From an uncultured Candidatus Saccharibacteria bacterium (GTDB taxonomy: Bacteria; Patescibacteriota; Minisyncoccia; Phycocordibacterales; CSBR16-119), in contig CAZBAG010000002.1 of the NCBI GenBank assembly GCA_964490365.1, forward strand, positions 73,486-137,485: 64,000 nucleotides of DNA. Direction: 5' to 3'. The notes under the pieces are model-generated. The model saw nothing but the letters and a program-made list of their open reading frames with translations. It did not search any database and was not told the origin of the DNA. Below are positions 46,619 through 57,008 of this stretch, in pieces (the stretch's first letter is position 1; the number at the start of each line of letters is the position of its first letter). Made by a program: the position numbers and the translations under genes.

Positions 46619-47749
46619 ATGAAATCTAAATACCTAAGTGGCCTTATATTTCTGACTTTTCTTGTTTTGTCATTTCCTATATTTGCTGAAGCTGACCAGA
46701 AAAGCGATATATCAAAAGGGGAAGTGATAGAAATAGTTCAAGAAACAGAAGAAATGGACATTCTTAAGGACAATTCGCTAACGATACAACATTTAAAGGT
46801 CAAAAACACAAAAAGTCATGAAATTGTTGATGTATATAATGATTTTCGACCTGTTTCTGTGGGGCAAAAGGTTTTCTATGTGCCCAACGATTCAGGGGGT
46901 GGGGAACAGCAAAATATCCTTGTAGGTATTAGTCGTTTGACTCAAATAGTGCTTCTAAGCCTCCTTTTTATTATAGTTGTTGCGATTTTCTCAGGGTTTA
47001 AGGGTATTAGATCTATTTTTTCGCTTATTTTAAGCTTTTTAGCTATATTTTACGTGATGATACCCCTTATTTTAAAAGGGGTAAATCCGCTTATTGTAGG
47101 CCCTATTTTGGCTCTCACTATCTTGTTTTTTGCCATTTTTCTCTCATACGGGTTCAATAGAGTGTCAAAAATAGCCTTCCTGGGTACTGGAATAACTGTT
47201 GTTATTACTAGTATTTTGGCATTTTTCGCTATTAAATTCTTTGCGCTTTCAGGTATTACTGATGAAACAGCCCTTTATTTAGGTTATTTTTCTGAGGTTT
47301 CACTAAATTTAGTCAATTTGCTCACAGCTGGGATTATTATCGGAATACTTGGGGTTTTGGACGACATTGCTGTTACTCAGGTTGCCGTTGTCCGTGAACT
47401 CTATCTTTCAAATAGCAGTTTAACGGTCAAAGAAGTATATAGAAGAGCGTTGCGGGTTGGTCAGGATCACGTTTCTGCCCTTGTAAATACACTTGTATTA
47501 GCATATGTTGGTGTTGCTCTGCCCTTAATTTTAATTTTAAGACTCTCAAATAGTGGTTTTCAGTTTAATATGAGTCAAGAAATTATTGCTTCAGAGATTG
47601 TGAGAACTATTGTCGGCAGTATAGGAGTAGTACTCGCTGTTCCGATTACCACATACTTAGCGGCAAAATTTTTAGGGAAAGATAAAGATAAACTTTCTAA
47701 AATTCACTTTCATGGTGGTCACTCTCACGATCACCATAGTCACGAGTAG
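46619..47749 (+). CDS. YibE/F-like multi-TM membrane protein with His-rich C-terminus
   Basis: Signal peptide, extracytoplasmic N-domain, about 8 TM helices, and a C-terminal HFHGGHSHDHHSHE. Confidence 0.4.
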   Translation: MKSKYLSGLIFLTFLVLSFPIFAEADQKSDISKGEVIEIVQETEEMDILKDNSLTIQHLKVKNTKSHEIVDVYNDFRPVSVGQKVFYVPNDSGGGEQQNILVGISRLTQIVLLSLLFIIVVAIFSGFKGIRSIFSLILSFLAIFYVMIPLILKGVNPLIVGPILALTILFFAIFLSYGFNRVSKIAFLGTGITVVITSILAFFAIKFFALSGITDETALYLGYFSEVSLNLVNLLTAGIIIGILGVLDDIAVTQVAVVRELYLSNSSLTVKEVYRRALRVGQDHVSALVNTLVLAYVGVALPLILILRLSNSGFQFNMSQEIIASEIVRTIVGSIGVVLAVPITTYLAAKFLGKDKDKLSKIHFHGGHSHDHHSHE

Positions 47750-47878
47750 AAGATTATTTTTCTTGTTTTCTTGACCACACAAAATAAGAGTTATCAACAC
47801 TTTTATTTTTAAAGACTACGCTCTATATAAAAACTCAAATATAATATATTACGTATTAATAATTAAAAAACGTTTGTA

Positions 47879-50800
47879 TTGTATATGAAGTTACAAAAAG
47901 CATTCTTTCTTGTTCTCGGCCTCGCCTTTTTGGTGTCGCTGGGTTCTTTAGTTTCTGGGGCACCTGGTCAAAAAGCTCAAGTAGTTAGTGGACAAAACTC
48001 TATTGGTGTTACATCACCATCAACAAGCACTATTGTAGCAGCAGGGCAATCTGTTCCTACAACATGTCAGTATGCTACGGCGTCTGGATTCTCAGTAACG
48101 ACACTTCAGTGGTCAGCTGAGACGACAAATGATCTCGAAACACCTATTACAAGTATGGTTCCAACTGGAGCAACAGGATCTGAAACAAGAAATATCGTAG
48201 TTCCTGTTGGCGGCACTGGCTCTGTCATCTTAAAGTGTTATGCTGAATACGCAAATGCTTCTACAGGTGTTGAAATGCAAATTGCATCTCAAAGAGTTCT
48301 CAATATCTCTGGAACTGTAACACCTCCAACAAACGACACCACAGCACCTACTGTTCCATCAGGACTTACTGTAACTGCAACAAGTTACTCAAGTCTTACA
48401 CTTAACTGGACAGCATCCACAGATGCAGGTGGTGTAGCTTCATACGAGATCTTCCGAAACAATGGAGGGTCAACAGCAATCAATACAACAACTCCTATCG
48501 CTGTAGTTAATCATCCAACAACTACATATCTAAACTCAGGTCTTCTTGCGAATAAGACATATAAATATAGAATACGAGCAAAGGATACAGCGGGAAACGT
48601 TTCATCACTTACTTCAACAGTAAGTCGAACAACTCTCGCTATTGGTATACCAACAAACGTTACCATTACCAATCCAACAACTTCATCTCTTACGGTAAAC
48701 TGGACAGCGCCAACAAGTGGAGCATACGAATATGCAATTTTTGCAAACAACGGTGGTACCACAGCAATCAATACAACAACTCCTATTGCAACAGTTCCAG
48801 CGGGTGTAACAACATACACACGAACAGGACTTACTCCTGCAACTTCATATAAATTTAGAGTAGCAGCCCTTACTGATGCGGGTAGTCGATCATCTCTTAC
48901 AACTGTGAAAACAGGCGTGACAGCAAGTAGTGGACCATCTGACACCACCGCCCCAACAGTAACCATCACAGCTCCAACTGCTTCACAAGTTCTTGCAGCA
49001 GGTACTACTTCTACAAACCTTACGGTTACCACAAACGAGAATGCAACCTGTAAATGGTCAACAACCAACACAGCATACGCAAGTATGACCAACACCATGA
49101 CAGGATCTGGTTCTACTTCACACTCAGCTTCTCAAACAGGTCTTACCAATGGAACATCATACACACGATACGTATCATGTGCTGATACAGCAGGTAATGC
49201 TTCGACAACACAAAGTAGAGCGTTTAGTGTGGGATCTCCAGTTGCTGATACTACTGCACCAACATTCTCTGGTCTTGCAGCAACAGCTTCAACGGTAAAC
49301 TCAGTTACTCTTGATTGGTCAGATTCTACAGATCCTTCATCTCCGGTGACCTATAAGATTTACCGAAGCACAACTCAAACAGGAACATTTACTCAAGTTG
49401 GAGGAACTCTTTCAACAAGTGCATTTGTTGATTCTGGTCTTACTGCTTCAACAACATATTGGTATAAAGGAGTTGCTTGTGATGCGGTCAACAATTGTTC
49501 AGCTCAAAGTGCGGCGGTAAGCCGAGCAACAACTGCTGCTCCTGACACCACCGCCCCAACAGTAACCATCACAGCTCCAACTGCTTCACAAGTTCTTGCA
49601 GCAGGTACTACTTCTACAAACCTTACGGTTACCACAAACGAGAATGCAACCTGTAAATGGTCAACAACCAACACAGCATACGCAAGTATGACCAACACCA
49701 TGACAGGATCTGGTTCTACTTCACACTCAGCTTCTCAAACAGGTCTTACCAATGGAACATCATACACACGATACGTATCATGTGCTGATACAGCAGGTAA
49801 TGCTTCGACAACACAAAGTAGAGCGTTTAGTGTGGCTCTTGCAGCGCCAAGTGCACCAACCGGTGTAACAGTTGGCTCTCCAACAACTTCATCTCTTGTT
49901 GTAAACTGGACAGCAGTAACTAGTGCAACATCATACAAAGTCTATCGAGTTGCTTCAAACGGTCTTGTTGATGGGACTATTCCAGCGCTTACAGTTGCAA
50001 CACCAAACGTATCAACAACCGTTACAGGGCTTTCATCTGGTACCGCATACCGATTCCTCGTAACAGCAGTGAACTCTGTAGGCGAATCAACACTAACTCC
50101 AAGTGGAACAAACAATGCAAGTGCAACAACATCTTCACCACAAATTACTGTTTCATCACTTGAACTTGTTCGAACAAACGGAACAGTTGTTGAATCACTC
50201 GATGGAGGAGAATCAATTAACGTTGGAACTCAAAATGGAGGAGTGGGTCCAAACATTTCAGTACGAGCAAGCACAAACCCAGCTACTCCAGGAAGTGTTG
50301 TATTCTCTCTCCAAAAACCAAACAGTACAACACACACACTTACTGAAAACTCTGCGCCATATACGTTGTTCGGCGACACCAGTGACACAGTGATTGTTGC
50401 TTGGCAAAACCTTCTTCCAGGAGGATATACACTAACTGTAACTCCATACGCAGGTACAAATGGAACAGGACAAGTTGGAGTACCACGAACAGTGCAATTC
50501 CAAATTGTAAACAATGATGACACCACAGCACCAGTAAACCCAACAAACGTTGCGATTACGTATCGATCAGCATCTCAACTTAAAGTTGGATGGACTAATT
50601 CAACATCATCTGATGTTGCTTCATATCGAGTCTACCGAGACAACGTTTCTATGGGTGTTGTGAATCATCCAACAAATACATTTACTGATACATCAGTAAA
50701 TGCGACAGGAAACTATGTATACAAAGCAGTAGCAATTGACACATCAAACAATGAAGCAACTCTTCCAGGAACTGGTGTAACTTCGCCAACACTTTCTACA

Positions 50801-53800
50801 GCCTTCGTACTTAACAATCAAGTAGAAACAAATACAAGTGCTCAGGTTAAATCAGCACCTGAATCAACAACTGTTGCTGGTACACAAGCAACAGGTTCTA
50901 TTGGAACAATAACAAACGGACCAGTATGGGTAACAGGCGGTGTTCAACACTGGTATGTTAACTTTAACTCAGGTACTGATGGTTGGGTAAACCAAGCTAA
51001 TCTTGACCTCTATACAGCACCAACAACTGATACTACTGCGCCAGCATATCCAGGAGGAAATGCAGCATTTACCGTAACAGCAGGATCACAAACATCACTC
51101 GTCCTTGATTGGGCAGATGCAACAGACGCAACAGCTCCAGTAACATATAAAGTTTCAAGAAGTACTTCTGCAAGTGGACCATTTACTCAAGTTTCTCCAG
51201 CATTCACAGCAAGTACCTTTAACGACAACAACGCTGGTCTTACCGCAGGATCAACACGATACTACCAATTGATTGCTTGTGACGCCGTAACGCCAACTCA
51301 AAACTGTACAACACCAATTGTTCAAGGGGGTACAACTTCACCTGTTGTTGATACGACTGCTCCAACAGTAACGATTTCAGCGCCAACAGCAAATGAAGTA
51401 TTCCCATCAGGAACAACCAACGCAACACTTACTGTTTCTACGAACGAACCAGCAACCTGTAAATGGTCAACAACCAACACAGCATACGCAAGTATGACCA
51501 ACACCATGACAGGATCTGGTTCTACTTCACACTCAGCTTCTCAAACAGGTCTTACCAATGGAACATCATACACACGATACGTATCATGTGCTGATACAGC
51601 AGGTAATGCTTCGACAACACAAAGTAGAGCGTTTAGTGTGGCCGTGTTTGTTCCTGACACAACAGCTCCAGCCGGAACCTTAAACCCAGTAGTAGGTTCT
51701 CCTACATCAAGTAGTCTCACTGTTTCTTGGTCAGCTCTTACCGATTCAACAACACCAATTAACTACCGACTCTACCGAAGCACAACTCAAACAGGAACAT
51801 TTACACAAGTTGGTGGAAATATTACTGGTACATCATATGTTGACACTGGACGATCTGCTTCAACAACATATTGGTATAAAGTAGATGCCTGTGATAGTGC
51901 TACGACACCAAACTGTACTTCTCAATCAGCGGCAGTAAGTGGAACAACTGTTTCAGAGGGAACTGAACCACCAATTACTACAACATGTCCTACAATGCCT
52001 TCAATTACTGGAGACATTCACACACAAAAAGCAGTACAACTATGTGCAGAAATTTCAAACAACCCAAATAGAATCACTCTTAAGTGGGCAAACGTTTCAG
52101 GAAGAACGCAAACAAGTGCAACAATCTCAAGAAAAGCTGGCCTAGCTTCAACCTCATTCACTTCACTAGGAACAGTATCAGGTAATGCAACAAGTTACGT
52201 TGATAACACTGCGGTTGCTGGAACATACTATGAATACAAGGTTCAAGTAAACTCAAATGCATACGGATATATTGCTGCTGGAATCAATGTTCCTCAAGAA
52301 TCATATCGAGGTAAAATGGTTCTTGTTATCGACAACACATTCCAAACATCACTCGCATCACAAATTAGCACACTCGTAGATGACCTTACAGCTGATAAAT
52401 GGGTGGTAATACCAAAATATGTAAGTCGAAGTGATACACCAACAACAGTTCGAAATGCTATTAAAGCAGAATACGATGCCGATCCAACAAACGTAAAGGC
52501 CGTATATCTTCTTGGACACGTTCCTGTTCCACGAGCTGGAAACTTCAATGGTGATGGACATGGATCACGTGCGCTTTCAACTGATACATATTATGGAGAA
52601 ATGACTCAAGAGTTCAATAAACTCTCAAATGGATGTACACCATATACAGAAATCTCAAACATACCAGCTGGCCCGTCTGATTGGAGTCTATCGCCGATAA
52701 ACTACTCTCAATGGCAAAGTCCATATCAAGTGAGTTCATTTATGCCAATTCCACCAACGACTCATAAATTCTGTCTTACAAGTGGTCAAACTCCTTCTGC
52801 TCTTGAACTGCAAGTTGGACGAGTAGATATGTTTGCGCTTACAGTCTATAGTCAATCAGAACAAACACTACTTTCAAACTATCTAACAAAAGCAAGAGAA
52901 TTTAAGAGAAAAGTGTGGACACCGGTAAAAAGAGCATTTATCCGAGATGGACTTATCTATCAAGGATATGATGGAGGTAAGTTCGTATGGGGGATGTTGC
53001 CATCTATTGTTGGACCACTTGTCGGATCAAACATTACGGCAGATAACGGTGTAAGTAGTATGGCCGCAATGAACACGGCAACATCAAGTGCAAATACATA
53101 CTTGTTTACGTCGTTACGATACGGAGGTACAACAACTGCTGTTGACTATGCTGGAGGTACGGCTCTTGGTAGTAGTTATACACATGCATCATCAGGATTT
53201 GAAATGGGTGGTGTGTTTAATCAATATGTAGCAAGTTATATTCCAGAATGGGGAGACTATAATGCACTTCTTCGAGCCGCTCTTGCTGATGGTAAGGCTC
53301 TCGCTTCTATGCATGGTGATGACCGAAACTGGTACTTGCATTCAATGGGTCTTGGTCAAAATATTGGTTACGCAGGTAAGATGACTGTAAATAACACAAC
53401 CTCACTATATGTTCCAGTCGGAGGTATCTGGGATAGCAACTATGGCGGTAATGGGTTTATGTCACTTCTTGGCGATCCATCACTACGAGCTGAATATGTT
53501 GCTCCGGTTTCTTCTCTCACACTTTCAAACAGCTCTGGTAAGACAGCAATGTCATGGCCAGCAGCTTCAAGTGCTACTCATGGGTATAATGTATACAAAA
53601 TAACTTCAGGTGGTATTACAAAACTTAATGGAGCACCGATCACAGGAACAAGTTACACTTCAACAGATAACTATACTTCAGGAAACAAATACATGGTTAC
53701 TGCAGTAAAACTTGAAACAACAAACGGTGGAACATATTACAATGAATCGCTTGGTGCAATTGCAACAGTCGGTGGGGTGGCCTCAGATACGACGGCCCCC

Positions 53801-56224
53801 TCAACGCCGTCTGGGCTTGTTACCAACGGCTCAACTTCAAACTCACTTAGTTTCTCTTGGACAGCGTCATCTGACGCTGTTGGAGTTACAGGGTACAAAG
53901 TGTATCGAAGTTCTTCCCTAACTGGTACCTATAGTCAGGTGGCAACAGGAATTACAACAACAAGCTATACCGATTCTGGTCTTAGTGCGAGTACAACCTA
54001 CTACTACAAAGTGTCTGCATACGATGCTGCCGCAAATGACTCTGCTCAATCTTCAGCAATTACACTTACGACATCTGCTGCAGGTAGTGGCGGAGGTCAA
54101 GTACTTGGTATTAATGGACCAGTCGGTCCAAGCCTTACTGATAACGCTTCGGTCTGTACAAACCCATCTGGTGGAACTATTTACTACGTTGATTCAATGT
54201 CAGGGAATGATTCAAACAGTGGCACTTCAACAACTACTGCATGGAAAACAATAGGTAGACTTAACACAGGTGCCTCATCTTTCTCTCCGGGAACAATGAC
54301 TTGTTTCAAGCGAGGTGGTATTTATCCAGGAACAATTACTCTTCCTGTGTCAGGAACACAATCAGCACCAATTCGATTTGATGCGTATGGATCTGGTAAT
54401 GCGCCAATTATCTCTGGATTCGACCAAATTACAACACCATGGGTAGCTCACTCAGGTAATATCTGGAAAACAACCATCGCCACAGGTCTAACACCAAAAC
54501 AACTTCAAGTAAGTGGTACTGTGCAAAAACTTGCACGTCATCCAAACACTGGATGGCTTCAAACAACAAATAAAACCGCAACAACCACCTCAGGATCTTG
54601 GATCGGTACTCAAACAGCAGGATCTCTTGTTGGTGCAAATATTGTACAGTTAGCAAATCCTTGGGCATGGTTCCGAGATAAAGTGACAGCACAATCTGGG
54701 TCAACAGTAACGTTTGCTTCTCCGGGTGCAGCAATTTTTACAGGCGAGCAAGCTGGTTGGTCATATGGTTTTGAAAATAAACTATCATTCTTAGATTCTG
54801 CGGGTGAATGGTACTACAATGATGTGACGGGAGAGCTCTATCTTTGGGCACCAAGTAGTGCAAACCCAAATAGCTTGTTGGTAGAAATTTCTTCTCGAAA
54901 TCTTGGAATTGTTCTACGAGAAAATATGCCAGATGCTGATATTCAGTTTAAAAATCTTGTTTTCGAAGGTTACAGTACGGCAATTAGTCAAGATGGAATG
55001 CAAACACGAGTGCTCTATGAAAATCTTGAGTTGAGAAAATCTGGACGAGCACTCCTCATGTGGACACCAAGTGAAAATATTAACGACGCAAACACTATTC
55101 GAAATAACTATATTCACGATATTCAACAAGATGCAGTTGCACTCTTCAGTGGAAATGGTCACACATTTGAAGGAAACGTGGTGAAAGATGTTGGGGTTGA
55201 TCCTTGGCTTGCTGCAAACTCTACAACATGGGGAATGATCGGGCTCAACACAGGAACATCAAACCAAATTGTTCGAAGAAATAAATTTGAAAATATTGGG
55301 TACACAGGAATCTTTGTAAACGGTAGTGGTCTTGTTGAAGAAAATTATCTTGAAAACATGCTGGTATCAACAACGGATGGTGCAGGTATTATGTGGAACG
55401 TAGCAGACGGACTTACCGTTCGAAAGAATATTGTAAAAGATGTTCACTCAAACGTAGATAACATGCCTCTGCCATACCCAACCTACAGTCCAATTGGTAA
55501 TGCATTCTACTACGGAGACGACACGATTAAGAACACAACGGTAGAAGGTAACATTGCAATTGATATTGAAAATGATGCATACGTTATGGATCACGGTGCA
55601 GAATATACAAACAACAGAACTATTAACAATATCGGATTTGATTTCGGACGAGGAGGACTCTTCTTCTCAGATGCTTCAATTTATCGAGACATTGGTCCTT
55701 CATATGGTCAATCATATATGCAACTCTGTCTTCCATATGAAAACAGTACATGTTTCAGACCACAATTTAACGATGTGGTAACAGGAAATAAGTTGTACGG
55801 TATAAAACCAGATGGATTTAATAGTGCAGCAAACTATGGAACAGGTAGTAGAGGAATTTACATGTTCTACGTATACAGTAACGGCAGTGGTGCGCACGTA
55901 GATTACGGCACCATCAACAATAACTACTACTATAACCGTTTAAGTGCTGAACGAGTAACAACACGCTTGCCAGTTATCGGTCCATTTACTACAATAGACC
56001 ACACTTTAGCAGAATGGAGGACTGCTTCAGGGGAAGATATGAACTCAACAGAATCAAGTTATCCTGCATCGAGTACACGACCAGAACCAAGTATCTTCTA
56101 TAACGCAACAAGTGCTCCAATCACACAATCTGTTAACGGGTGTACATCAACAAACACACCTCTAACAGGAACACAAACTATCCAGCCATTCACCGCATTA
56201 GTAGTAGAGTATGGTAATTGTTAA
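47879..56224 (+). CDS. giant (2781 aa) secreted surface protein: FN3-like repeats, thrice-repeated Cys-containing Ig-like module, C-terminal right-handed beta-helix region
   Basis: Signal peptide. Multiple modules of about 100 aa with the FN3 pattern (TSSLTVNWTA...YKYRI.A.D.AGN). Three copies of the module DTTAPTVTITAPTASQVL...ATCKWSTTNTAYASMTNTMTGSGSTSHSASQTGLTNGTSYTRYVSCADTAGNAS. The C-terminal 700 aa has parallel beta-helix repeat signatures (NNYIHDIQQDAVALFSGNGHTFEGNVVKDVG). Confidence 0.8.
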   Translation: MYMKLQKAFFLVLGLAFLVSLGSLVSGAPGQKAQVVSGQNSIGVTSPSTSTIVAAGQSVPTTCQYATASGFSVTTLQWSAETTNDLETPITSMVPTGATGSETRNIVVPVGGTGSVILKCYAEYANASTGVEMQIASQRVLNISGTVTPPTNDTTAPTVPSGLTVTATSYSSLTLNWTASTDAGGVASYEIFRNNGGSTAINTTTPIAVVNHPTTTYLNSGLLANKTYKYRIRAKDTAGNVSSLTSTVSRTTLAIGIPTNVTITNPTTSSLTVNWTAPTSGAYEYAIFANNGGTTAINTTTPIATVPAGVTTYTRTGLTPATSYKFRVAALTDAGSRSSLTTVKTGVTASSGPSDTTAPTVTITAPTASQVLAAGTTSTNLTVTTNENATCKWSTTNTAYASMTNTMTGSGSTSHSASQTGLTNGTSYTRYVSCADTAGNASTTQSRAFSVGSPVADTTAPTFSGLAATASTVNSVTLDWSDSTDPSSPVTYKIYRSTTQTGTFTQVGGTLSTSAFVDSGLTASTTYWYKGVACDAVNNCSAQSAAVSRATTAAPDTTAPTVTITAPTASQVLAAGTTSTNLTVTTNENATCKWSTTNTAYASMTNTMTGSGSTSHSASQTGLTNGTSYTRYVSCADTAGNASTTQSRAFSVALAAPSAPTGVTVGSPTTSSLVVNWTAVTSATSYKVYRVASNGLVDGTIPALTVATPNVSTTVTGLSSGTAYRFLVTAVNSVGESTLTPSGTNNASATTSSPQITVSSLELVRTNGTVVESLDGGESINVGTQNGGVGPNISVRASTNPATPGSVVFSLQKPNSTTHTLTENSAPYTLFGDTSDTVIVAWQNLLPGGYTLTVTPYAGTNGTGQVGVPRTVQFQIVNNDDTTAPVNPTNVAITYRSASQLKVGWTNSTSSDVASYRVYRDNVSMGVVNHPTNTFTDTSVNATGNYVYKAVAIDTSNNEATLPGTGVTSPTLSTAFVLNNQVETNTSAQVKSAPESTTVAGTQATGSIGTITNGPVWVTGGVQHWYVNFNSGTDGWVNQANLDLYTAPTTDTTAPAYPGGNAAFTVTAGSQTSLVLDWADATDATAPVTYKVSRSTSASGPFTQVSPAFTASTFNDNNAGLTAGSTRYYQLIACDAVTPTQNCTTPIVQGGTTSPVVDTTAPTVTISAPTANEVFPSGTTNATLTVSTNEPATCKWSTTNTAYASMTNTMTGSGSTSHSASQTGLTNGTSYTRYVSCADTAGNASTTQSRAFSVAVFVPDTTAPAGTLNPVVGSPTSSSLTVSWSALTDSTTPINYRLYRSTTQTGTFTQVGGNITGTSYVDTGRSASTTYWYKVDACDSATTPNCTSQSAAVSGTTVSEGTEPPITTTCPTMPSITGDIHTQKAVQLCAEISNNPNRITLKWANVSGRTQTSATISRKAGLASTSFTSLGTVSGNATSYVDNTAVAGTYYEYKVQVNSNAYGYIAAGINVPQESYRGKMVLVIDNTFQTSLASQISTLVDDLTADKWVVIPKYVSRSDTPTTVRNAIKAEYDADPTNVKAVYLLGHVPVPRAGNFNGDGHGSRALSTDTYYGEMTQEFNKLSNGCTPYTEISNIPAGPSDWSLSPINYSQWQSPYQVSSFMPIPPTTHKFCLTSGQTPSALELQVGRVDMFALTVYSQSEQTLLSNYLTKAREFKRKVWTPVKRAFIRDGLIYQGYDGGKFVWGMLPSIVGPLVGSNITADNGVSSMAAMNTATSSANTYLFTSLRYGGTTTAVDYAGGTALGSSYTHASSGFEMGGVFNQYVASYIPEWGDYNALLRAALADGKALASMHGDDRNWYLHSMGLGQNIGYAGKMTVNNTTSLYVPVGGIWDSNYGGNGFMSLLGDPSLRAEYVAPVSSLTLSNSSGKTAMSWPAASSATHGYNVYKITSGGITKLNGAPITGTSYTSTDNYTSGNKYMVTAVKLETTNGGTYYNESLGAIATVGGVASDTTAPSTPSGLVTNGSTSNSLSFSWTASSDAVGVTGYKVYRSSSLTGTYSQVATGITTTSYTDSGLSASTTYYYKVSAYDAAANDSAQSSAITLTTSAAGSGGGQVLGINGPVGPSLTDNASVCTNPSGGTIYYVDSMSGNDSNSGTSTTTAWKTIGRLNTGASSFSPGTMTCFKRGGIYPGTITLPVSGTQSAPIRFDAYGSGNAPIISGFDQITTPWVAHSGNIWKTTIATGLTPKQLQVSGTVQKLARHPNTGWLQTTNKTATTTSGSWIGTQTAGSLVGANIVQLANPWAWFRDKVTAQSGSTVTFASPGAAIFTGEQAGWSYGFENKLSFLDSAGEWYYNDVTGELYLWAPSSANPNSLLVEISSRNLGIVLRENMPDADIQFKNLVFEGYSTAISQDGMQTRVLYENLELRKSGRALLMWTPSENINDANTIRNNYIHDIQQDAVALFSGNGHTFEGNVVKDVGVDPWLAANSTTWGMIGLNTGTSNQIVRRNKFENIGYTGIFVNGSGLVEENYLENMLVSTTDGAGIMWNVADGLTVRKNIVKDVHSNVDNMPLPYPTYSPIGNAFYYGDDTIKNTTVEGNIAIDIENDAYVMDHGAEYTNNRTINNIGFDFGRGGLFFSDASIYRDIGPSYGQSYMQLCLPYENSTCFRPQFNDVVTGNKLYGIKPDGFNSAANYGTGSRGIYMFYVYSNGSGAHVDYGTINNNYYYNRLSAERVTTRLPVIGPFTTIDHTLAEWRTASGEDMNSTESSYPASSTRPEPSIFYNATSAPITQSVNGCTSTNTPLTGTQTIQPFTALVVEYGNC
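48941..49232 (+). repeat. intragenic ~292-bp direct repeat (copy A) inside the giant gene
   Basis: Identical to 49544-49835 (copy B, offset 603 bp). The 3' 190 bp is also identical to 51453-51641 (copy C). Confidence 0.85.
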
Positions 56225-56228
56225 ATAT

Positions 56229-56525
56229 ATGAAAAGAATAGTAATTTTGATCTCAGTTGTCTTGGTTCTACTCATCGCATATCTTGTAATGAGTAAGAAG
56301 AATATGGACACGGGCAACAACGAAGCAAATGTGATCTCTAACCTTTTCAAAGGTAAGACAGAAGAAAAGCCTGCAGATACAAAACCTATGGAAACATCAA
56401 AGGGTAGACCGGCGATAACTCCAGCAATGACAAGGTTTAAAGGAAATGATCCTAAAAAGGTGCAGGAAGTATTCATTGATGGACTTAAAAAACAAGTTCC
56501 AAAAGGACAAGACGTACCAAGATAA
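56229..56525 (+). CDS. small membrane-anchored hypothetical protein
   Basis: MKRIVILISVVLVLLIAYLV anchor followed by a Lys/Pro-rich tail. Terminator at 56531-56555. Confidence 0.35.
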   Translation: MKRIVILISVVLVLLIAYLVMSKKNMDTGNNEANVISNLFKGKTEEKPADTKPMETSKGRPAITPAMTRFKGNDPKKVQEVFIDGLKKQVPKGQDVPR

Positions 56526-56577
56526 TATATAAAAAGACCCCAAAAGGGTCTTTTTATATTGTGCTATAATTACTTCT

Positions 56578-57006
56578 ATGAAAATTGGATTGAAATCACA
56601 GGTAAAGAACAGTAAAGATTTTACGATTATTAAAGCGAAAAAAGGTGCAGGATTTGGACTCAAAACAAATAAAAGCTTTAAAAAAGGCGACTTTGTTATT
56701 GAATATATTGGTATAAAGCGACTTAATAAAGATATTGAATACCATACAGGAAAATATCTATTTGAAATTGATGAAACGTACACGATTGATGGAAGTCCAC
56801 GATGGAACATTGCTAGGTATATTAATCATTCTTGTCGACCAAACTGTGAAGTAGAGATTGATGCAGAAGGGAAAATACTCATTGAGGCAATAAAGCCAAT
56901 ACAACCAGGAGAAGAAATAACGTACGATTACGGCAAAGAATACTTTAATGAATTCATAAAGCCAATTGGGTGTAGATGTGTAAAGTGTTTAGCAAAAAAG
57001 AAATAA
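56578..57006 (+). CDS. SET domain protein (putative protein lysine methyltransferase)
   Basis: GAGFGL, RYINHSCRPNC (the NHSCxPN SET hallmark), EEITYDYG, and a post-SET Cys cluster CRCVKC. Confidence 0.7.
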   Translation: MKIGLKSQVKNSKDFTIIKAKKGAGFGLKTNKSFKKGDFVIEYIGIKRLNKDIEYHTGKYLFEIDETYTIDGSPRWNIARYINHSCRPNCEVEIDAEGKILIEAIKPIQPGEEITYDYGKEYFNEFIKPIGCRCVKCLAKKK

Positions 57007-57008
57007 GT

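Noticed and set aside
48511-49098. 195-aa antisense ORF (and other 60-100 aa ORFs on both strands) inside the giant surface-protein gene
   Set aside because: These are artefacts of the Thr/Ala/Gly-rich repetitive coding sequence, which lacks stop codons in alternative frames. They sit entirely within a well-supported 8.3-kb ORF.
48941-51641. Possible CRISPR array or DGR template/variable repeat suggested by the 290-bp repeats
   Set aside because: The repeats are in-frame coding modules of one ORF and are identical rather than adenine-mutated. There are no short unique spacers, no cas genes and no reverse transcriptase in the window.
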